DNA of 58,097 nucleotides, filler included, from Squatina squatina (lineage: Eukaryota): assembly GCA_031763465.1 (NCBI GenBank). It is 3 parts of 2 records of this genome, joined end to end, with 100 filler letters (N's around TTAATTAATTAA, not from the genome) between each part and the next. Parts side by side here need not be neighbours in the genome. Positions count along the whole stretch, not along the records: positions 29,651 to 58,097 come from JARFOE010000222.1; 2 more parts are not named here. The stretch is one strand, 5' to 3'. The notes beneath the pieces are model-generated. The model had not been told where the DNA came from. It did no database searches and saw only the letters and a program-made list of their open reading frames with translations. Of this stretch, positions 50,298 through 58,097 are shown piece after piece. The position numbers and the translations under genes were made by a program. Within the stretch, counting starts at the first letter, position 1. Every line of letters begins with the position of its first letter.

Positions 50298-52270
50298 CGC
50301 TCTCGGACCACCTCAGCCCGGCTGCGTGGCGCAATTTGCATTCGGCGTGATCTGAAGACTACCTCAGTCAGGAGCCAGGGTGGGCGCAACTCTCCCCGCT
50401 CCGGCTACCCGCCCACCCCTCGCTGGATTGTTTGCAGTCAAAAAAATTTCAAATTAAGTTGCATTTTATCCCCAATTTTTTTTTTTTAATTCTACCCTCC
50501 CTCTCGGCGCGCTTCTAGGGGGCAAACAATGATTTTAAACATATGTTGTTGCCACTTATGTTTTGATGAGGCGATTGTTGCCATTGAAAGTTCCCTTTGG
50601 AAAGCAAGCCAACTCGCGGCCTCTCCCTCCTCTCTCTCGCTGCCTTTGGTCACTCCTCAGCGCCGGGGACGCATGAAGTGAGAGCGTGGACTCGGTGCCA
50701 TTGCTCAGCCCCTTTCAATCGCCAAAAGAAGCCCTCCTCTCCCGCGGAGAGAAGGGTAGGAAAGGGATACAGAAGTTGCCATCGGCGGCTGCAGCGTAGC
50801 GAGCCGGGGAACCAGCCGGGCGGCGGAGAGTGGAGTGGAGTCGGCTGGAGCCAACACCCAGCCCCGCCAGCTCCACCGTGCCAGCGGCTACAAGATGTCA
50901 GCTCCGAGTGTGCGCAAGGCAACATTTCAGTTGCGCAGATACAGTATCAGTACTTACTTGCAAATAAAACATGACAGTCAAAACTCCGGCTCTTAAAGCC
51001 ACCCTGTTTTTTTTTTTCTCGACCCGTCTTCTTGCCACCGCCCGGGCGCACACAACAGCCCTCTTCTCTCGCCTCTCTNNNNNNNNNNNNNNNNNNNNNN
51101 NNNNNNNNNNNNNNNNNNNNNNNNNNNNNNNNNNNNNNNNNNNNNNNNNNNNNNNNNNNNNNNNNNNNNNNNNNNNNNNNNNNNNNNNNNNNNNNNNNNN
51201 NNNNNNNNNNNNNNNNNNNNNNNNNNNNNNNNNNNNNNNNNNNNNNNNNNNNNNNNNNNNNNNNNNNNNNNNNNNNNNNNNNNNNNNNNNNNNNNNNNNN
51301 NNNNNNNNNNNNNNNNNNNNNNNNNNNNNNNNNNNNNNNNNNNNNNNNNNNNNNNNNNNNNNNNNNNNNNNNNNNNNNNNNNNNNNNNNNNNNNNNNNNN
51401 NNNNNNNNNNNNNNNNNNNNNNNNNNNNNNNNNNNNNNNNNNNNNNNTAAATAGTCAGAGATCTAAAGAGGGCGAGAGGGAGGTAACCGGCCTCCTTTCT
51501 TTGCCATGAGGATTTTTTTTTTTAAAAAAGCCGATTGCTGCCAATGATTGCCGAGGAGTGGTGAAGCGAGGTGTGGGGTGCCTGTGCCAAGCGCTGCCCG
51601 CTGCCCGTGCGCCTTCGCCCGGCGCCCCACACAGTTCCAAGGAGGCAGCGAGCAGCAGCCTGGCGCACAGCACCGGGGTCACCCCTTCCGCCTTTACGCG
51701 CCTGTCAAACCCCCGGGGCTTGCTTGCAAATGCAGATGCAACTCCACATCTACTATACCCTTTGTGTTTCAAAGAAGGGGGAGAAAATAATCCAAGCCCA
51801 GCTCATTTTTATCTTTGCAAAATTGCATAAGAGGCCAAGAAAAAATGTTTCTTTTTTTTCTAATAAAACGCCGGCCTTCCCTGTTTGCCTCTCCTTTTAA
51901 ACCCACTTTCTGCAACGCGTAAATATAAATCCCCACACACACGCATGTATTTCTATTAATTTGCAAAGATGCCGCCGCGCGCACACACACACACACACAC
52001 GACCCCTGGCTCGGCTTCTCTCCTCTCCTCCTGCCCCTGTCAGGAGAAAAGCGCAGGAGCCAGGGGCGCCATTTTCTGCCAAGCCAGCCGAGGACGGAAA
52101 CCCACAGCTCCACAATTTCAAGTTTGCGATTACAGCGCGCAAGCAGTAGGCCCCGCACGTCCACCAGCCCCCAACCCCACCTCCAAGCCCCCGCCGGCTT
52201 CATCTGAGTCTCACCTGGGATGGAGGGAAGCGACGGCTTCCCCTCTCTGCTGCCCCGCTCGAGTGTCGCT
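50298..52270 (-). promoter_or_regulatory. CpG island; probable GRM8 promoter and non-coding first exon region
   Basis: Non-repeat-like GC/CpG-rich contigs 5' of the minus-strand GRM8 exon; minus-strand donor CAA|GTAAGTA at 50958/50957; no recognisable ORF. Confidence 0.6.
51976..52000. repeat. (CG)3(CA)n alternating purine-pyrimidine microsatellite
   Basis: cgcgcgcacacacacacacacacac read directly. Confidence 0.9.
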
Positions 52271-54897
52271 NNNNNNNNNNNNNNNNNNNNNNNNNNNNNN
52301 NNNNNNNNNNNNNNNNNNNNNNNNNNNNNNNNNNNNNNNNNNNNNNNNNNNNNNNNNNNNNNNNNNNNNNTGTTTTCTGATCTGGGACAAAGGTTCGGCA
52401 CAACATCGTGGGCCGAAGGGCCTGTTATGTGCTGTATGTTCTATAACAAGTCACTGCACATCATAATTCATTGTGCGAATTGCTATATTATTATAATGAC
52501 AAGGTAATGAATTGCTTAATATGTATCAATTAAGGTATTTAAGTGGTTCATGACATAATACCAAAGGAATGTGAAGAACGAAAAACATATATTCTTGCAG
52601 AAGGGATCAGGTGTATGCAGTAATATTTCGTGGTCGCCTTTACACCTTTATTTGGAAGGAGATGAAAGACAGGACAACCTGAAAAATGATATTGTGAAAA
52701 TTACAAATGGAAAATGCCTATTTGCATCTGTACTCACATTGGTGTAATACAATGACAAAAGTGATAACACCTCATAGCACACTGAATCACACTTTATCCT
52801 GTTGCAATAAAAATGGACTTAACCAGGTTCTCACCATATTTCAAACTCAGGAGACTGACGGCATAAATACAATGCATAAATCAGTAATCACAAAACTTTT
52901 GTTTTCTCTTACTTTCAATAGCTCTGTTCATGCCAACTGAACTGCATAATGTACCGCAGTGCACAAGCGCACAGGCCCTTGGTTCCAACATCTAAAGACC
53001 ACCTCTCTAAGCTGGCACACGGCATATACCGAAAAGCAGCACAGATTAATAAGGCAGTGAAGCTATTTCACAAGAATACTCTTGTACTTTTGCATTTTTG
53101 GATTCTATTAATTTTACAAGCAACTCAATACTACTCTTGCCTATGTTTAACATTTCAGAATGCCTTTAATGGATTGAAGTTCAATTCATTCTTTCAACAA
53201 GCACAATCAATAGTACAGATACTGTTTTGCTGTTGTTCAAGTTAACAGGGTAAAAGGAAATGTGATGATTGTGACAGAGGCCTAGAGCATCATTAGTCGA
53301 AAAGATACTCTTTCCATCCAAAGAAAATTCCAAATACTGTACTACCAAACAAAAGTAGATAATATTTTTATTCCAATATCAATATGACGAAATAAAATCA
53401 TGATAAATGACATCCATTAAATTCTTTTATATTTGCTTGTCAAGTGAAATATACAGGATATAGTTCACCAGAAATTATAAACTAGAAATTATTTGTGAAA
53501 TTAGCAAGCGAAAACTTGCAGTATTTGTCTGACACCTCGATGCCTCTATATAAACAGAGGCATTAGCCCATTTAGTAATAATGGATTAATGCCTTTGATA
53601 AACAACCTTACAGTGCATCAGTGTTTATCTGCTGATAGTACCAACAAGTCTACGCTTGTTTGACATGTTCAGAGAACAGAGGATAGTCCCCATATACCAA
53701 CCTCACATGGGAAAGACCACTGGAGTGAGAATTTTAAAATACCCATTGCTTTTGAGAATAGGCATGTCACAGTAGTGCAGATTATTTAGGGAAGTTCTCT
53801 CCCTCGTTAAACATTCGTCACAAGACTTGTCGCGCACAGTCGAATTGCCAGGTGTTTGCTAATTTGTTCATGGCACAAAAGGGGTTTGACATGTTGATAC
53901 TTTTCAAAAAAAAACAGGGCACAATAGTCTACTCTCATCACAGATGCCAATTTAGTGATCCCAATGCTTTCTCTTACAAATTTTGCTATTTCAGGCTTGG
54001 CCATGTTTCTCGTGTTGCTAAGCAAAAGAATGCATGGTTGCTAACAGGAAGGCTTGTGCATTCCTTGAATCCAGGTCTCTTGTGATTTCAGGCCTGCATT
54101 TCCAACTGGCAAGTTGACCCCCTGATTGAGGAGATGCACCTGAACGATTTAAACTAGTCTTGGGTGACTTAGTGACAAGGTCACAAACCAAAGGCCAGGA
54201 TGTTACAAACAAAGTGTGTTTGATTACTGTCACTCACTAGTTGTTCAAACACAGAAAATCAGGAACCAGCAAGAAAATATTTAAGAGCCAAGCAGTCAAA
54301 CCGATACACAGTTAGATTTTGTTAACTGTTGTCTGCAGTCTGAAATCCAAGCAATGGATCCTCATTGACACCTGATATGACAATGACCATTTATCTATGA
54401 CTAGGTTAAAGTTGTCAATTTTATCACACTACATCTCACGGTCAGAGGGAAGTCCAAGTCATTCTCATTTTGCATCTAAAGTTGTATATTTTTGGCAACA
54501 TCTTGGTTCATTTCATTGTATAGCAATGCTAATTTCAGATCAAAATTCGTGAATATACTTGCTTTGCATATTTCCATATTCAAAGACCAAAGCAGAAATA
54601 TGTCTTCTTCCAAGCTCATAACAGGGGGATGATGATACCCGTGCGTGCACCATGCTCTACACATCATTCAAGGACCACAATGAAATGGGATGTTTTTATA
54701 AGCCTTTTAATTGAACAGAGAAAGAATTTGAGCATGCAGCATAACTGCATGCAGAGACACCAAGCATTAGAACGAACATCTGAGAAATGAGTACTTCNNN
54801 NNNNNNNNNNNNNNNNNNNNNNNNNNNNNNNNNNNNNNNNNNNNNNNNNNNNNNNNNNNNNNNNNNNNNNNNNNNNNNNNNNNNNNNNNNNNNNNNN

Positions 54898-55147
54898 AGG
54901 TGGCCTGACACTTGATAGCAGCTCCTTAGATCCGTCCCACAATTCACCTGCTGAAATAAACTAAGATAATCAGCACTAAGTAAGTGCCCTTTAGCGCTGA
55001 AATTAGCTCATTTTTTAAAGCTGTCAGAATTTTTATTTTCTATGTGCCAAGTTGCAGGCCTTAAAGGGAGAGTGCCGAATCTGGAACTTTGCACTCAACA
55101 ATTCGTCCCTTAGCGCCAGTAACTCAGGGAAGTCGAATTGGCCCCCC
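54898..55147. mobile_element. Right end of a non-autonomous DNA transposon (Harbinger-like)
   Basis: Ends GAATTGGCCCCCC like the termini at about 5424 and 34440; repeated sub-terminal CCCTT(T)AGCGC. Confidence 0.5.
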
Positions 55148-55574
55148 TTGGTTCTCGCTTACTCTGGAAGGTCTCTGGTAAATTTTACCAGTTTTAAGAA
55201 TCTACATTAGTTTACATTCGGTAACACCATGGGAGATTCAGCAATAATATAATAATGCTGTATAAACTATTTTCTACAAAGTTTTTGATCAGCTTTATAT
55301 ACAATTGTTACATCAATACAAAAGAAGGCATACAGTAATCTGCTGTCTCTTTATGGCTGACAGGCTTATGCATTGCGTCCATGATTTGTACTGGCACAAT
55401 ATACAATACCAAGACCCACAATGTGGGCTACTACTGACACTTGTTGCAGTTACCAAGCTGTCCCCTTCAGTCACGGACTTCTCTTGCATCTCACTGCCTG
55501 GTAGCAGTTCCTGACGAGCACAGCCAGTTTTAAAAGGAAAGTTTGTATTCATGACAGACTTCAGCTTTTTAATA

Positions 55575-55762
55575 TATAAAAAAAAAGGTTCTTCATGTCA
55601 CCTCTGATTCTTTGCCAATTGCCTTAAATCTGTATCCACTGCTTGCTGACCTTTATGCCACTGGAAGCAGTTTCTCCTTATTTACTCTGTCAAAACCCTT
55701 TATGATTTTGAACACCTATCAAATCACCTCTTAACCTTGCCTGCTCTAAGAAGAACAGCTTC
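55575..55762 (-). mobile_element. CR1 LINE ORF2 C-terminal fragment
   Basis: Reverse strand reads LRGDLI..FKIIKGFDRVNKEKLLPVA*RSASSGYRFKAIGK. Confidence 0.82.
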
Positions 55763-57869
55763 NNNNNNNNNNNNNNNNNNNNNNNNNNNNNNNNNNNNNN
55801 NNNNNNNNNNNNNNNNNNNNNNNNNNNNNNNNNNNNNNNNNNNNNNNNNNNNNNNNNNNNNNACATAGCAAAAATTCAATCCAAATTTATTTTAAAAATA
55901 TATAAACACACAACTTTTGACTTTCCTAAATTCTATTTCTGAACCTATCCTGGTCAGTTAGAGCATTAATAAAATGATAAATCATAAATTAATGAAAATT
56001 AACACTAACAATTAAAGGAACAACCTCTCAACTGGGTGGATGGTGATTAGCTTAAGAAAAATATTTCTCTGTGCTGCAACTTCATTTTAACAGTCTCTGA
56101 ACACCAGCTTTAGTTTGCTTCACAGAACGGCCTTCTTTTTTTAACTAATATCCACTATTAAAAACCATTAAAAAAAATCCCTGTTATGGGAAAATCCTTG
56201 TTTTTCTTTAATCCCTGCCTGTTCTTTTCGAATTGGGAAGAATCCATCACAAATAAGTGCACTTTTAACACTGAATAATAAGACGTCATTAACACTTCCT
56301 TTATCTTTGCTTTCCACTTTTCTCTCATCAGTCCCTCTGCAACTGCACTCATAACATTAGCAAGCTAGAAATCTCCACCTTTTTGTAACATCCTCTGATA
56401 CAAAGCTGGTGACAAGCCAGTTTCCATTAGCCTCCTCTGAGCTTAAAAAGGTACTTCCTCAAGATTCCTCTTCTGCCAATAAACAGAGCAAATTTTGCCA
56501 CACTTCTTTAGATGCTCTAGATTTCTCTCAGTATTTTGTGAATTTGTATATGAGGAGGATACTTATTGAAGGTGGGCTATCTAGCAAANNNNNNNNNNNN
56601 NNNNNNNNNNNNNNNNNNNNNNNNNNNNNNNNNNNNNNNNNNNNNNNNNNNNNNNNNNNNNNNNNNNNNNNNNNNNNNNNNNNNNNNNNNNNNNNNNNNN
56701 NNNNNNNNNNNNNNNNNNNNNNNNNNNNNNNNNNNNNNNNNNNNNNNNNNNNNNNNNNNNNNNNNNNNNNNNNNNNNNNNNNNNNNNNNNNNNNNNNNNN
56801 NNNNNNNNNNNNNNNNNNNNNNNNNNNNNNNNNNNNNNNNNNNNNNNNNNNNNNNNNNNNNNNNNNNNNNNNNNNNNNNNNNNNNNNNNNNNNNAAAATT
56901 TGCTATATTGCGTTACTGGGCATCCCTAATCCACCACCAAAAGGAACAAATGAAATAGGGCTTTCTTTCATGTAACCAAAAGGAATGATCGGTAAGTCAC
57001 CGCAAGCTCGTTCAGACACCATTGCTAAAAGAATAGGGGAAAAGGCCGCTAGGAGGTATTGGCTGAGAGGGAGGGTTCTTCACGTCTTCAGAGCAGGTTT
57101 TTGTCTTATCGATGCAGTCCAGCGTGCAGTCGAAGGCGAGTACCAGAGCCACTTTCAACCATTGTCTTTTTGACTACTAACCCCATAAAAACGGTTTTCA
57201 CTGATGGACTTTTGGCTGCAAAAAAGAGAGAAATAGAATGAAGCTCCAGTATAAACACAAAGAGGCTAAAGCACTGAGTTTGTTACTCACAGTAATAGCA
57301 GATTTAAATGGAGATATTAACAAAAAAAGTACTCGTCATAATTTGTTTCATTTTAAAAGGAGCAACAAGATAGTCCTGAGATGGTGGCACTGATTGCAAA
57401 GTGGAATTTAGGGATGTTTTGAGAAATTCAAAATAAGAATTTGGTCCATTTTACCACACAACAGCATCACATACAAGAAAAACAGTTAAGTTCAGGCAAT
57501 ACATGGATCATTTGCTTTCTCTCTCCCCCCTTTAGAAAATGGTAAATTTGGGCTGAAAAGAGAGGGAACCACGACCAAATGACAGTTGATGAGGTAGATC
57601 AGTCATTTGGGTCAGTTGCAGAACAATGAGTTGCATTCATAACAGATACACAACCATCCAAATTCGAGCACACCCAATCTACGACAGCACACCACTAACT
57701 ATAGGATCCACACAGAAAACTACATTCAGCAATTTGCCTAAGATTTTGCAAGTCAAATCATAAGACTTAAAAATGATTTGTGTAGAGACTGGAACCAATA
57801 GGAACTTTCCAAATTAGCACAGGCTCATGTGCTCATTACATGAGTTATAGCTTTCAATTCATGAGTGCT

Positions 57870-58022
57870 ATAAATGTTTTCCACGTCTCACCTCCTTCCT
57901 TCCCCATTTCTCTTACTGCTCTCACAATACTACAACAACTTGTATTCCTATAGGCATTTCACAGGAGTGATATTAAACAAAATTTGACACTGAGCCACAT
58001 AAGGAGAAATTAGGGCAGATGA
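57870..58022 (-). mobile_element. L2 3' tail fragment (deleted)
   Basis: ACAACAACTTGTATT..TTTGACACTGAGCCACATAAGGAGA.ATTAGGGCAGATGA. Confidence 0.65.
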
Positions 58023-58097
58023 ATAAGGTGGGAGAACTTAAGGCGTGGATTGGGACTTGGGACTACGATGTTGTGGCCATCACGGAAACGTGGATAG
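58023..58097 (+). mobile_element. CR1 LINE ORF2 endonuclease start (truncated by window end)
   Basis: NKVGELKAWIGTWDYDVVAITETWI, the APE-type endonuclease motif of CR1. Confidence 0.85.

Noticed and set aside
50597-52466. Multiple ORFs in the GC-rich island
   Set aside because: Expected from stop-codon scarcity at high GC content; no homology recognised.
56985-57241. Short open frames on both strands with moderately high GC
   Set aside because: No recognisable domain or clean splice boundaries.

Overview
Eukaryotic (vertebrate) genomic DNA, almost certainly from a cartilaginous fish (shark-type CR1, L2, Penelope, DeuSINE and PIF/Harbinger repeats). It is a highly fragmented scaffold of roughly 0.4-3.5 kb contigs joined mostly by 100-N gaps, two of which carry an artificial TTAATTAATTAA linker. 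Six spliced coding exons with canonical splice sites are recognisable, all on the minus strand: CADPS2 coding exons 1 and 2, two late SLC13A1 exons, one exon of an ATP6AP1 (Ac45)-family gene, and the 217-nt GRM8 exon. A CpG island at about 50.3-52.3 kb is the probable GRM8 promoter. The order and orientation CADPS2(-), SLC13A1(-), GRM8(-) match human 7q31, so the window is a thin sample of a multi-megabase block and distances across gaps are meaningless. The most interesting observations are an ATP6AP1 paralogue where human 7q31 has none, an SLC13A1 copy with a 12-codon in-frame deletion plus other signs of decay, and a short telomeric (TTAGGG) patch inside a Harbinger transposase fossil. I see no convincing evidence of a wholly new biological system. 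Gene assignments rest on recalled protein sequences rather than a database search, and repeat boundaries are approximate.
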